Source: Rhodospirillaceae bacterium
Lineage (GTDB): Bacteria; Pseudomonadota; Alphaproteobacteria; Rhodospirillales; Rhodospirillaceae
Direction: 5' to 3'
NCBI GenBank assembly: GCA_041919675.1
Contig: JAYRTJ010000006.1
Location: 1,622 to 65,621 of the forward strand
DNA length: 64,000 nucleotides
In this document: positions 17,940 to 28,038 of the stretch, in pieces
Position numbering within the stretch: the stretch's first letter is position 1
Layout of the letters: the number at the start of each line of letters is the position of its first letter
Made by a program: the position numbers and the translations under genes
Notes under the pieces: generated by a model
What the model saw: only the letters and a program-made list of their open reading frames with translations
Database searches by the model: none
Told to the model about the DNA's origin: nothing

Positions 17940-19697
17940 TCAGTGATTCGAAGCAACTTTATTCGGCGGCGAGGCCGCGGCCGATTTTTTCGGCGCCGGC
18001 GCATCGGGCACGCTGACGGCCGAGAACGCGGGATGCATGACAATCGAGCGCAACAGCGGCCGGAGGCGGTATTCGTCGTCCGCGAACCCTTTGTTCAATT
18101 CCGCCAGGGTCGCGTTTGACGACGCCGGGACCACCGACGCGGTCGCATAGCTGAAGGCGCGCCGCACCAGGCAAGACGGCACCAGCGGGCTGTCGTGAAG
18201 GACCTGCGCCAGGCCTTCAACCGTCGTGAAGGCTTTGCCGTCGAGGTTGCCGCTGGTATCGATCGCGGCGCCTTTTTCCGTTTCACGGTACCGGCCGGCC
18301 CCGTCGAACCTCTCCAGCGAGAGGCCGATCGGGTCGGTGATTTTGTGGCAGCCCGCGCAAACCGGGTTCGCGAGGTGCATGCCGACCCGTTCACGCGCGG
18401 TGCGAAGACGCGGATCCGGATTTTCGACAGCGGAGAAATCGACATTCGCCGGCGGCGCCGGCACTTTCTGGCAGAGCAGCAATTCGCGCAGCGCCTTGCC
18501 CCGCAACGTCGCGGAGCTGCGTGTCGCATGCGAGGCGCGCGCCAGGAAGCTGGCGTGCGTCAGGATGCCGGATCGCTCCGCCTCCGGGGGGAACTCGTAC
18601 GCATTCCAACCCGCCGACGTCTGGACGCCGTACAGGATGCCCAAGGGCGGCGAAAGGAATGTCTGACGTGTGGTGAAGAGATCCCTGTAGTCGCCGTTTT
18701 TCACCAGGAGCTGGTCGACCACCGTCCGCAGAGTCTGTTCACGCGCCTCCGCCGGCAAGCCGCCCAGGAAATACGGATAGACCGTCGCGTCCTTGCTGAG
18801 CGTTTCGAGATCCTCGAGACCGAACATGTCGTCGAAAAAGGCGCGGACGCCGGCTTCCAGGCGGACACTGGCCAGCATTTCGTCGACGATACGGCCCCGG
18901 GATTTCTCGCTGAAAAGATCGCCCTTTTTCGCCGCGGCCAGCAGCGCGGGGCCCGGCGCCGCGTTCCACAGGAAGAGACTCAGGCGCGAGGCCTGCGAAT
19001 AGGCGTCCAGGCGCATCTGCCCCGGGCGCTTGGGGTCGGGCTCTTCCGTTTCGGCGACCAGCAATACGCTGGGACTGAGGAGCACGCTCTCAAGCACGAC
19101 CTGGATGCCGGCATAGAAGTCGTTTTGCCGGTTTGCCGCCGCGCCGGCCTCTTCGACAAGCTTGGCCACATGCCCTTTGGGCGGAGGCACGAAATAGAGG
19201 TTCTCGACGACACGCGTCAGGAATTTGGACGCGCAGGCGTTATCGGCGGCGCCGGCGTCCGCCGGCTTGCAGGGGAACAGCGTGTCCCTGCGGCGCGCGT
19301 CGACGACCTGCGCGGACAATAGGCCTGCAATCTTCTGATAGGTTTCGAGCTGCGCGTCGCTCACCCCGGCGAGCGAGGTGCCGGCCATCAGCACGCCGTC
19401 CGTCCGCGCGACCGGTGCGAATTTCACATCCGTCGTGATGTCGGGACCGAAGAAATGCTGGATCGTATTGAGATATTGCTTCGTGGTCAGAAGCCGCAAG
19501 TGGCTCGGTATTCCGGCGGCGGCGCCGGATTCGGCCGGCGGCGCCTTACGATCCGCCGCGTGTGTCGCCACGGGAATCCCCAAGGCAATCCCCAAGGCAA
19601 TCCCGGCGAGCGCCGTCGCCGATACAAGGGTCTTCTGAAGAGCCGAACGGCCGCCCTTCCGCTGCGATGACCCCAACCGCATTAACATTCCAAACAA
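17940..19697 (-). CDS. DUF1592/DUF1588/DUF1585-type exported protein with CXXCH motif
   Basis: SRLSLFLWNAAPGPALL, SGILTHASFLARASH, NPVCAGCHKITDPIGLSLERFDGAGRYR. Signal-like segment LAGIALGIALGIPVATHA. Start uncertain (19688 or 19697). Confidence 0.8.
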   Translation of the reverse strand: MFGMLMRLGSSQRKGGRSALQKTLVSATALAGIALGIALGIPVATHAADRKAPPAESGAAAGIPSHLRLLTTKQYLNTIQHFFGPDITTDVKFAPVARTDGVLMAGTSLAGVSDAQLETYQKIAGLLSAQVVDARRRDTLFPCKPADAGAADNACASKFLTRVVENLYFVPPPKGHVAKLVEEAGAAANRQNDFYAGIQVVLESVLLSPSVLLVAETEEPDPKRPGQMRLDAYSQASRLSLFLWNAAPGPALLAAAKKGDLFSEKSRGRIVDEMLASVRLEAGVRAFFDDMFGLEDLETLSKDATVYPYFLGGLPAEAREQTLRTVVDQLLVKNGDYRDLFTTRQTFLSPPLGILYGVQTSAGWNAYEFPPEAERSGILTHASFLARASHATRSSATLRGKALRELLLCQKVPAPPANVDFSAVENPDPRLRTARERVGMHLANPVCAGCHKITDPIGLSLERFDGAGRYRETEKGAAIDTSGNLDGKAFTTVEGLAQVLHDSPLVPSCLVRRAFSYATASVVPASSNATLAELNKGFADDEYRLRPLLRSIVMHPAFSAVSVPDAPAPKKSAAASPPNKVASNH

Positions 19698-19766
19698 AGC
19701 GCCCTCCGCTCTAGTGAGCCGCTCTCCGCCTCGCGGACGCGGCCGAAGCCAATTTTCATCGGCGCG

Positions 19767-20969
19767 TTACCGCGCCCCGCTGGTGGAAACCTTGCCGTGG
19801 TCCGGTCCCGCGACCGTATCGGCCACCTGTTTTTCCGGATGCACCACGCGCGCACGAACGCCCGTGACCATGAGCGTGCCGGAAATGGCGGTGTTCGCTC
19901 CGGTCTCCGGATCGGGGTAAGCGTCGGCCAGCCGGCGCAGCGCCTTGTAGAAGGACCTCGAATCGAGCTTCCCGTAGCTGATCTGATGCGAACCGAAGCG
20001 GCGATTGACCCCGCGGTAATGGCTTTCGATATCGATATAGCCCGCGATGGCGCCTTCGATTTTCTCCGGCGACAGCTTCAACTCGAAGTGCGTGTCGTGC
20101 ATGAGCTCGGTCGCGGCCTCCTCGTGCTGATGCTGCGTCGGCCACACGAAATCGCCCGACTTCGTGGTCGTCAGCACGCCGGCGACGATCTTGCCTTTGA
20201 ACGTATGGATGAAATCCCGGCCGTAGACCGTGTCGATGCGCTGCGTGGTATCGACCTGGAAGTCACCCTTCGCGTCCCGCACCAGGGCGTCGAGGCCGCG
20301 GTATGTGGTGATCGTCACGTCGTCGTCGTTTTCAAGACTGTCGACGTCCGTCAACTCGATGATGGTGCGATTGTAGGTCCTGCTCTCGAAGTATTGCGTT
20401 TCGAAAAGAACCTGCGAGGACCCCAGGCGATAACTGGGGATGCAGCCGACCGCGCGGTAGAGCTGGTTGTCGATCCCGGGTTTTCCGTCGGGCGACGTGA
20501 AATCGCTGGGCTTTACCTTACCGTCGAGGTTGACGCCGTAGCTGATCTTTCCTTCGATTTCCTGGACGGGAAATTTGTCGGGGCCGGCCTTCGGCCACCA
20601 CACCTCGGCTTCGCGCGCAATCGTGGTGTCGGCCAGCTGATATTTTTTGCCTTCGATCTGCGGATACATCGCGGCGAACTGCTCGCGGGCGCCGAAGTCG
20701 TAAAGACCCTTCGGGCATTCGGCGTTGGTTTCCTTCCCCGCCGCATCCATCGCCTGGTAGATGCCGTAGGTGCGCGTGGTGAGCACGTAACCGATCGTGC
20801 GGCCGGATATTCCGGATTCATTCGCGGCAAAAGCGGGCGCGGCAAAAGCGAGCGCGGCGAAAGCGAGACCGCCGCCGGCGCAGATCGTCGCGGCAACGCC
20901 GGCGACCGCCATTTTGAGCGCCCCGCGCCGCGCGTTCGAGATTTCCTTTTTCACCTGCGTCTCCCTCAT
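19767..20969 (-). CDS. Exported hypothetical protein (no family recognised)
   Basis: Signal peptide ...AFAALAFAAPAFAANES. Lies 7 nt downstream of the preceding gene's stop. Coding-like composition. Start set to ATG 20969. Confidence 0.6.
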   Translation of the reverse strand: MRETQVKKEISNARRGALKMAVAGVAATICAGGGLAFAALAFAAPAFAANESGISGRTIGYVLTTRTYGIYQAMDAAGKETNAECPKGLYDFGAREQFAAMYPQIEGKKYQLADTTIAREAEVWWPKAGPDKFPVQEIEGKISYGVNLDGKVKPSDFTSPDGKPGIDNQLYRAVGCIPSYRLGSSQVLFETQYFESRTYNRTIIELTDVDSLENDDDVTITTYRGLDALVRDAKGDFQVDTTQRIDTVYGRDFIHTFKGKIVAGVLTTTKSGDFVWPTQHQHEEAATELMHDTHFELKLSPEKIEGAIAGYIDIESHYRGVNRRFGSHQISYGKLDSRSFYKALRRLADAYPDPETGANTAISGTLMVTGVRARVVHPEKQVADTVAGPDHGKVSTSGAR

Positions 20970-20976
20970 CTGCTGA

Positions 20977-22365
20977 CTAGCGGCCGCCGCGCCCGGCATA
21001 ACCGTCGCGCGTTTCAAAAATGTCGCGGTAGATGATCGCGGCATAGCCGTTGCGCCCGCCGTTGGCCTCGCCCCATCCGTTCGCATTGATGTCGGTGGGC
21101 TTACGGTCGCCATAACCCTTGTACCCGGCGAAGGTGTAGATGGGACGGCCGCGGAACGTGTAGACGTTCAGCGCTCCCGGGGCGCCCGCCGCAGCCTGCT
21201 TTCCGGTTTTCGGGTCGATCGGCATCGTCCCCCAAACCTGGTTTCCGGTCTTCGTCCCCGTGGGCGCGATCAGATAAGGGAAGGCCTTGATGCAGAGATC
21301 GGGATCGCCGCCGCCGCACATTGCAAAGCGATAAAGTTGCGGCGAGTCCGGCGTGTCGCAGCTCAGCTGATCGGGCGCATCGTCGGTACACACATACCGA
21401 TAGATCGTCATGCCGTTTGAATCACCGAGCCCCATGCCGACGATCGTCGGCTTCATCACGAAACCGGCGGGCGGTTTCGGCGTCATCTGGGTGTACACAT
21501 TCCGCCAGCCCGGGATATCGCTGCCGTTCTGCGACCCCAATTTCGTGTCCTCGATGTAGCGGTAGACCGGACGTCCGCGGAACGCCCACTGCAACACGCC
21601 CGGCGAACGCTCGAACGGCGTCCACTCGCCAACCCGCGTCGCGGAGGTTGCCGCAAGAATGGGTTCCCACTCGCTCAGGCACTCGTCTTTGCAATTGGAC
21701 TTGTTGCGGCCGTCGCGGTCGTACGTGTAGACGGACAAGCCGTTGCGCAACGTCACCAGGCGCCCCGCCATCGTCGTATGCACCGCGAATTGGCCGGGCA
21801 CATTCGATTCGGCGCCGAGCGGGTTGCGCACCGCGCCGCCTTCGCCGATGAAACCGAGGTCGGTCCCGCCCAGCACGTCGCCCGGGCGCTTGTCCAAAAC
21901 GGACGTGTACAGACCGTAGCCGTCATAGGCCCATTGCTTCGTGCCGTCGGGACGCGTGAGGACCGTCCACTTGCCTATCGGCTTTGCGTCGGCCGGCGCA
22001 TGCACCACGGGCCATAACGTCGTACAGGCGGGCCGGGTTTCGGCCTCGGGCATCAGCAGCCCGCCGGGATACGGGCTCTGCGTGCCGCTGCTTTCGCGCG
22101 CGGGTTCGCCGCCGCACGTGGGCTTGCCCCTGTCCTCGCCCGCGGTGCCGTTGCGCAAGGTCCGCTTCGGCCAGGTGTAGAGGGTCTTTCCTTGCCCGTC
22201 GGCATAGACCGGCCCCTCCAGTTCGTTGACGAGCACCTGGAAACCGGGCGGCATCGGCACGCGGGCAAAATCTTCTTTCGGCTCCGCCGCTTGGAGGGTC
22301 GACAGCCCGGCCATCGCCGTGAAACCGGCGATCGAGAGGAAGAGAATATTCAGGCGAAGTTGCAT
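20977..22365 (-). CDS. Exported protein with about six 'secreted repeat of unknown function' units (COG4315 / Lipoprotein_15-like)
   Basis: Signal MQLRLNILFLSIAGFTAMAGLSTLQA. Recurrent units: GPVYADGQGKTLYTW, KQWAYDGYGLYTS, LVTLRNGLSVYTYDRD, LQWAFRGRPVYRY, NGMTIYRYV, LNVYTFRGRPIYTF. Start trimmed to ATG 22365. Confidence 0.7.
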   Translation of the reverse strand: MQLRLNILFLSIAGFTAMAGLSTLQAAEPKEDFARVPMPPGFQVLVNELEGPVYADGQGKTLYTWPKRTLRNGTAGEDRGKPTCGGEPARESSGTQSPYPGGLLMPEAETRPACTTLWPVVHAPADAKPIGKWTVLTRPDGTKQWAYDGYGLYTSVLDKRPGDVLGGTDLGFIGEGGAVRNPLGAESNVPGQFAVHTTMAGRLVTLRNGLSVYTYDRDGRNKSNCKDECLSEWEPILAATSATRVGEWTPFERSPGVLQWAFRGRPVYRYIEDTKLGSQNGSDIPGWRNVYTQMTPKPPAGFVMKPTIVGMGLGDSNGMTIYRYVCTDDAPDQLSCDTPDSPQLYRFAMCGGGDPDLCIKAFPYLIAPTGTKTGNQVWGTMPIDPKTGKQAAAGAPGALNVYTFRGRPIYTFAGYKGYGDRKPTDINANGWGEANGGRNGYAAIIYRDIFETRDGYAGRGGR

Positions 22366-22555
22366 CGTCAGGTGTCTCTCTCGTGTTCGATCGAGGGTTA
22401 GGCGCCGCCGCCCCCTACTCCCAAGTACGCAGGTCCTCCGACGAACCCGACAGTTGGCTCCGGCGCCGGTTTCCCCTGCCGCACCGCACTTTTTGCAATG
22501 CAATAGAGCTCGTTTTTCGGGATTGGCCCGGCCGCCGGGCCCGTCCTCCGCCGCG

Positions 22556-23299
22556 CTATTTCTTCAACGGGATGAGGCCCGCATCCTTATAGGCTTGAGC
22601 GGCGCCCGCCGACGCGAGCACGTCGATCACCTTCGCGGCATCCTGCGCGCGGCGACCGGTTTTCACCGCCGCCGCCGTCACCACGATCCGCAGTTGATGC
22701 TCGTCGGGCAGCGGCACGATGTTCGTCAGGCCCGCGAGACGAAGCTCGCTGATTTGCTGACCGACGGAGGCGAGCTTGCCCTCGATGATCCGCGTGCCCA
22801 TGAGCCCCGCGCCGGTCTGGCTCTTCGCCTTCATCGCTTCGGTGAGGCCGAGCTTCTCAATGACGCCCGCGATGTGGCGGCCGCTCTGCGCGGTCGAATA
22901 GCCGAAGGACGGCGTTTCCGTCAGGAACCTGGCGAGGTCTTGCGAGGACGCGAGTTTAGGCGGCTTCGCATCACGCGCCACGGCGATGCCCACCGTGGAG
23001 ACCGCCACGTCGTGCTGCCCGTCCACACGCGCACGCATGGCTTCGGGGGCGAGCGAGTTCTTGGAGGTGACCACGAGATCGCCCGCGTCGCCCTTTGTCA
23101 GCCGTTCGACAATGACGTCGGTGGTCGCGAATTCGAGCGCGATCGCGACGCCCGCTTGCGCCTCGATGACCGGCGTCAGGGCCGTGACCGCGGCTTGCGC
23201 ATAAGCCGGGACCAAAACACGCAACGGCGCATCGGCGGCAAATGCCGGGTTGACGGCCAGCAGGAGGACGACGGCGCCGACGAATTTCGCGAATGTCAT
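22556..23299 (-). CDS. Periplasmic substrate-binding protein (ModA/PBP2-like), orphan
   Basis: Signal MTFAKFVGAVVLLLAVNPAFA. Two-lobe binding-protein-like sequence. No permease or ATPase gene nearby. ATG 23299 follows GAGGA. Confidence 0.65.
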   Translation of the reverse strand: MTFAKFVGAVVLLLAVNPAFAADAPLRVLVPAYAQAAVTALTPVIEAQAGVAIALEFATTDVIVERLTKGDAGDLVVTSKNSLAPEAMRARVDGQHDVAVSTVGIAVARDAKPPKLASSQDLARFLTETPSFGYSTAQSGRHIAGVIEKLGLTEAMKAKSQTGAGLMGTRIIEGKLASVGQQISELRLAGLTNIVPLPDEHQLRIVVTAAAVKTGRRAQDAAKVIDVLASAGAAQAYKDAGLIPLKK

Positions 23300-23391
23300 G
23301 GGCACGTCCTCATCGACAACTTGGAAAGATAGACACGGATTTCAGCGAGACCCGGGCCGCGACATTTGCGCCGCGGCCCGGCCCCTTACGT

Positions 23392-24474
23392 CTACTTCTG
23401 CAAAATCAGCTTCTGAACGCGCCAGTTGGACGTTTCGGCAACGTAGATCAGGTACTCGGACGGACAGGCGAGCTGATGGCCGCCGGAGAACGAACCGAGT
23501 TGGCGGCCCGAGCGCCCGATGACGCCGAGCACTTTGCCGTCCGTCGTGAGCTTGAAGATGCGCCCCGGCCAGGTCGACTCTCCGAGGAACAGGACTTTGT
23601 CGTTGTCCGGCGGGATACACAGCGAGTTGGGCGCGCCGACGCCCTGGTTGATGGCCTCGCCCTTCGGCGTATTGCCGTTGACGGACCGGCTGGTCGGATC
23701 GGGCGGCACCGTGACAGAGAATTTCCGCAGGAATTTCCCGTCCACGTCGAAAACCTGAACGCGCTGGTTTCCGCGATCGCCGACATAAACGTTGTCGTTC
23801 TTATCGATGGCAATGGCGTGCGGCGTGCGGAATTGACCGTCGCCGGTGCCGTGGTCGCCCCACATTTTCACGAAGTCGCCGTTCTTGTCGAACTTGGCCA
23901 CGCGCGCGTTGACGTAACCGTCGGTGATGTAGGAGTTGCCTTTGGAATCCCAAGCGATGTCCGTCGGCAAGCGGAAGTTCCCCTCGACCGCCGGCAGATG
24001 TTCGCCCGGCTTCGGCTTGGGACCGCCGCCGCCCTCGACTTCCGCCACCCCTTCCTGCCTGCGGCCGTACACCGTCATGACGCGGCCCGCCGGACTGAAC
24101 TGGACGATCATGTTCGAACCCTTGTCGATCGTCCAGATGTTGTCGGCCTTGTCGATGCGCACGCTGTGCGCGGCCGCGAAACCATAAAGGCCCTTGCCGA
24201 TCTCGCGGATGAATTTGCCGCTCGCGTCGAACTCATACAGTTGAGCCGCCGCCTGCCCGAAAACGGGCCCCGCGATTTCAGGCGTCGAGCGCGTAAAGAC
24301 GAAAACATTGCCTTTCGAGTTGGTCGCGACGCCAGCCACTTCACCGAAGTTCTGGCCGTTGGGCAGATCCGGAAAATTCGGAACCGACGTGAATTTGATT
24401 TGAGGCACGCTTTGTTGCGCCAGCGCCGGGCCGGCCAGGAACGCCAGAAGAAGCGCCGCGAGATGTTTTTTCAC
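23392..24474 (-). CDS. NHL-repeat six-bladed propeller protein (peptidyl-alpha-hydroxyglycine alpha-amidating lyase-like)
   Basis: Signal (M)KKHLAALLLAFLAGPALAQQ. NHL repeats: YITDGYVNARVAKFDKNGDFVKMWG, VYVGDRGNQRVQVFDVDGKFLRKF. GTG start preceded by GGAGGA. Confidence 0.8.
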   Translation of the reverse strand: MKKHLAALLLAFLAGPALAQQSVPQIKFTSVPNFPDLPNGQNFGEVAGVATNSKGNVFVFTRSTPEIAGPVFGQAAAQLYEFDASGKFIREIGKGLYGFAAAHSVRIDKADNIWTIDKGSNMIVQFSPAGRVMTVYGRRQEGVAEVEGGGGPKPKPGEHLPAVEGNFRLPTDIAWDSKGNSYITDGYVNARVAKFDKNGDFVKMWGDHGTGDGQFRTPHAIAIDKNDNVYVGDRGNQRVQVFDVDGKFLRKFSVTVPPDPTSRSVNGNTPKGEAINQGVGAPNSLCIPPDNDKVLFLGESTWPGRIFKLTTDGKVLGVIGRSGRQLGSFSGGHQLACPSEYLIYVAETSNWRVQKLILQK

Positions 24475-24557
24475 TTAAGTCCTCCCCGATGGAAAACGAT
24501 GGACGGATCTCACGCCCGGCAGGCCATGGCCGCCGGACGTGAGAGTCTCTCTGCGTC

Positions 24558-27500
24558 TTAGTAGGTAAAGCGCAGGCCGGCGCGGAACACGGTCCCCATG
24601 ATGTCGTAGATACCGGCCGCTCCCGTCGCCAAGTTGATGTAATTGGCGACGGTCGGGATTTGCGCGGGGTCGCGGTTGAAGATGTTCTTCACGGTGAAGT
24701 ACGCCGTCGAACGCGCGGGCCCCAGATCGAACGCATAGGAGAAGTTGGTGTCGAGGTAGAAGGCGCCGGGCAAGCGGTTGTTGTTCACCGTCAGGTTGGC
24801 CGCCGTCGACGTCGGGCAACCCGTCGTGCACTCGATATACTCGGCGTTGAGAAGCCCCGAGCTGAGGGCGCGGCCGGTCACGGTGACCGTGATCGGATCG
24901 AGGTTATAGGTTGCCGAGGCGTTCAATCTCCAATTCGGCGGAGACCCGCCGCTGTTCACGCCGACCTGATTGGTGGGCGGTGAAAGCTTATTGTCCTGGT
25001 AGTTGCGCAGATAGAAGGTCGCGTTGCCGTGCAGCGTGACGCTGCCGTCGAAGTCGGAAAACACGTCCGCAAGCTCGAAGCGATAGCTCGATTCGACGTC
25101 GACGCCCCTGAGGTCCTGCTCCGCGATATTGAAGTTCTGCCGTCTCACTTCGTTGATCACGCCGTTGATGCGCGTGATGTTGGGGCAGAACTCGGGCCGC
25201 TGGCCGTTGACGCAGTAGTCAATGATGTTCTGGGAGGTGACGGTGCCGATGCCGCCCTTCAGTTTCACGTTCCAATAGTCGACGGACGCGCTGAAGCCTT
25301 CGAGGAAGCTCGGCTGCAACACCACGCCGACGCCCAGCGTGTCGGCCTTTTCCGGCTCCAGGTTGGCATTTCCCGACGCGAACTGCCGGACCGTCGGCGT
25401 GGAGTTCGTAACGGGATCCCGAAGCGTTCCCAGCGAGAAGGCCGAGGGCTGGAACAGTTCCTGGATGTTCGGCGCGCGGATGTCGCGAGAGCGCGTCACG
25501 CGAAGCCGGATATCGGGAATCGGCGCGAACGTCGTTCCCAGCTTCCACGTGGTCACATAGCCGGCCAAGCTATAGTCCGTCGCACGGACGGCGGCGCTGA
25601 CGTCCCAACTGTCGGCAAAGGAGGCGTCATTGACGATCGGGATAACGGTTTCGATCGCGCCTTCGGTCACGGACTGCTTGCCGTCGAGCACCGGCAGGTT
25701 GGCGACGTTGTGGCCGCTCACGACCGACGTCGCGTCGGGGGTGTTGAGCACGTCTTCGATGCGGTGTTCCGCGCTGAGCGCCAAGGACACGGGGCCGGCC
25801 GGAAGAGAGAAAGGCTCGCCCGAAACCGAGGCGGAAAAGACGGCCTGTTGGACCTTGTTCCAGCTTTGAGAATCGATGCCGGTCATATAGGCGCGGCCGC
25901 CGGAGTTTTCATTATTGACGCCGATCCCCATGGGATTCCACGGCGAGCACGGATGGCTCGGGTCAGTCAGCTTGATGCGGCAAACGATGGCGCCCGTCGT
26001 CGGGTGGTACACCGCGTCCGTCGCGAGACGGAAGTTCTCGAGCGTAAACGTGTTGTAGAAATGCAGCAGCGGACGGCTGACCCCGTAGGACGCATATGCG
26101 TTCCAGTTCCACTCCGAACTGAACGCATCGAATTTGCCGTCGAACCCCAAGGAGTTCTGGTTCGTGATGCGCAGATTGTCGGCATAGTGGTCGCCCATGT
26201 CGTAGTTCCAGCTGCCGACCTGGATCGTCGTGACGTTGGCGGCGAGCATGGCCGCGCGCACCGTCGCCGGAAGATACGCGTTATCGATCCTGACGGCCGG
26301 CCCTGTCGCGTTGAGAGTCTGCGGCGGGCTGACGACACCTTGCTCGCGTGAACTGGTCCACGACGACTGAACGTGGAAATTCACATTGTCGGTCAGGTCG
26401 TACGCCACGCGGGCGAAGACGTTCTGGCGATGGGCCTCGAACGCCATCTGGTAGTGCTGCCGGTAGTCCGTGGCCTGCCAATCGCCGCCTTGCGTGTTCG
26501 ACGCCGTGGTGATCGGCCCGTAGTTGAACTGATAGGGAACGCCGCCCTGCCCGAAAGCGACCCCCTTCAGCGGACCGGAGACGACCATCCCGCCCCACGT
26601 CCCGCCGGTGAATCCGACATTGTCGAGCACGAGCTGGTTTGGCTGCCCGTTGGTCGCGGTATAGGCGGGATTCAACATCATCACGCGGCCGATGCGGTTC
26701 CACTTGCGCCCGCCGTCCCCGTCGGTCCCGCCGTTGTACGACTCTTCGCCGGACAGCAGAACGTGGCCGCGGCCGTTGGCGAACGGGAACCCGGCGGATA
26801 ATTTGACCGAGAAGTTCTTGGCGTCGCCGTAAACGGTCATACCGGCGCTGACATCGCCTTTGATGCCGGTGAAATTCTTATCGAGAACGAAGTTCACGAC
26901 GCCCGCGACGGCGTCCGAACCGTACACGGCCGACGCGCCGCCGGTGACGATGTCGACACGCGTGACCAGCTGTTGCGGATAGGAGCTGATATCCACGTTC
27001 TGGCCAGACGCCGACGATCCGACGGTCCGTTGGCCGTCGAGGAGAATCAGCGTTCTTTCCGCACCGAGACTGCGCAGGTTCGCGTTGCTTTGACCGCTGG
27101 TGGACGACGACAGGCCGGCGGACGTCGTTGCGCTTACGCCGGCCCCGGAGAAGGCGGGCATTTCCGCAATGAGCACCGCGAGATTGGGATCGGGCCTGTT
27201 CGCCAATTGCTCGGCCCCGATGACGGCGAGAGGCGTCGGCGCCTCATACCCCTCGCGCACGATGCGCGATCCCGTCACGACCACCTCCTCGAGAGGCCCC
27301 ACCGGCTGCACGGACGCCGCCTGGCTGGACCCGGACGATTGCGGAGGCACCGCGGCGCCCTCGGCCGCGACCTTCGTGAAAGTTGAAACTTCAGAGGTTC
27401 TCTGCGGTCCCGCGACGACATAGACGCCTTTGCCGTTCGTCCTGACCGTCAGGCCCGTCCCGGCGACGAGCGCATTCAACGCTTCTTCCGCGGTCAAGCG

Positions 27501-27782
27501 TCCGGCGACACCCGCGGTGCGCAGGTTGGCGACTTCCTTCTCGGAAAACGCGAGAGAGATCCCCGTTCTGCTCTCCACCTCGCGCAGCCCCGCGGTGAGT
27601 GTGGTTGCGCCGATTTGCATGTCATAGCGCTGGTTCGGTTCGGCGGCCCAGGACGTATTCCCGTAAATCGCCGGCGTGAGCGCCAGCGTGGACATCAAGA
27701 CCGTCCGCAAACACTTGCGCTTCAGTCCGCGGAATATTCCCCCCGCCGCCACAACGGACGTCGTCGTTTTCGAACGCAACAT
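24558..27782 (-). CDS. Large TonB-dependent transducer with N-terminal STN domain
   Basis: STN domain YDMQIGATTLTAGLREVESRTGISLAF...EEALNALVAGTGLTVR, plug (VVVTGSRI...), long barrel, terminal ...FRAGLRFTY. Start trimmed to ATG 27782 after GGGGGGAAG. Confidence 0.9.
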   Translation of the reverse strand: MLRSKTTTSVVAAGGIFRGLKRKCLRTVLMSTLALTPAIYGNTSWAAEPNQRYDMQIGATTLTAGLREVESRTGISLAFSEKEVANLRTAGVAGRLTAEEALNALVAGTGLTVRTNGKGVYVVAGPQRTSEVSTFTKVAAEGAAVPPQSSGSSQAASVQPVGPLEEVVVTGSRIVREGYEAPTPLAVIGAEQLANRPDPNLAVLIAEMPAFSGAGVSATTSAGLSSSTSGQSNANLRSLGAERTLILLDGQRTVGSSASGQNVDISSYPQQLVTRVDIVTGGASAVYGSDAVAGVVNFVLDKNFTGIKGDVSAGMTVYGDAKNFSVKLSAGFPFANGRGHVLLSGEESYNGGTDGDGGRKWNRIGRVMMLNPAYTATNGQPNQLVLDNVGFTGGTWGGMVVSGPLKGVAFGQGGVPYQFNYGPITTASNTQGGDWQATDYRQHYQMAFEAHRQNVFARVAYDLTDNVNFHVQSSWTSSREQGVVSPPQTLNATGPAVRIDNAYLPATVRAAMLAANVTTIQVGSWNYDMGDHYADNLRITNQNSLGFDGKFDAFSSEWNWNAYASYGVSRPLLHFYNTFTLENFRLATDAVYHPTTGAIVCRIKLTDPSHPCSPWNPMGIGVNNENSGGRAYMTGIDSQSWNKVQQAVFSASVSGEPFSLPAGPVSLALSAEHRIEDVLNTPDATSVVSGHNVANLPVLDGKQSVTEGAIETVIPIVNDASFADSWDVSAAVRATDYSLAGYVTTWKLGTTFAPIPDIRLRVTRSRDIRAPNIQELFQPSAFSLGTLRDPVTNSTPTVRQFASGNANLEPEKADTLGVGVVLQPSFLEGFSASVDYWNVKLKGGIGTVTSQNIIDYCVNGQRPEFCPNITRINGVINEVRRQNFNIAEQDLRGVDVESSYRFELADVFSDFDGSVTLHGNATFYLRNYQDNKLSPPTNQVGVNSGGSPPNWRLNASATYNLDPITVTVTGRALSSGLLNAEYIECTTGCPTSTAANLTVNNNRLPGAFYLDTNFSYAFDLGPARSTAYFTVKNIFNRDPAQIPTVANYINLATGAAGIYDIMGTVFRAGLRFTY

Positions 27783-28038
27783 AGCTTCCCCCCAAAGGAT
27801 GTTGTTCTCTCGCGATAGTTTGCGAGCCCACGAAAAAAAGTATCGGTTTGCCTCCCAGCAAAGCCCTATACGCAAGTGCCTTCGGCAACCCGACAGGCGC
27901 AGGTTCGAAAAAGATCACATGCATGTGCCGCACATTTAGATGCAGTGCGAAACGCGAAGGGCCTACCCAGTCGCGCTTTTATCTAGTTAAATCTTCCGCG
28001 CGTTCCGGCGCACCGCCGGCGGGGGAGAGCGTTCTAGC

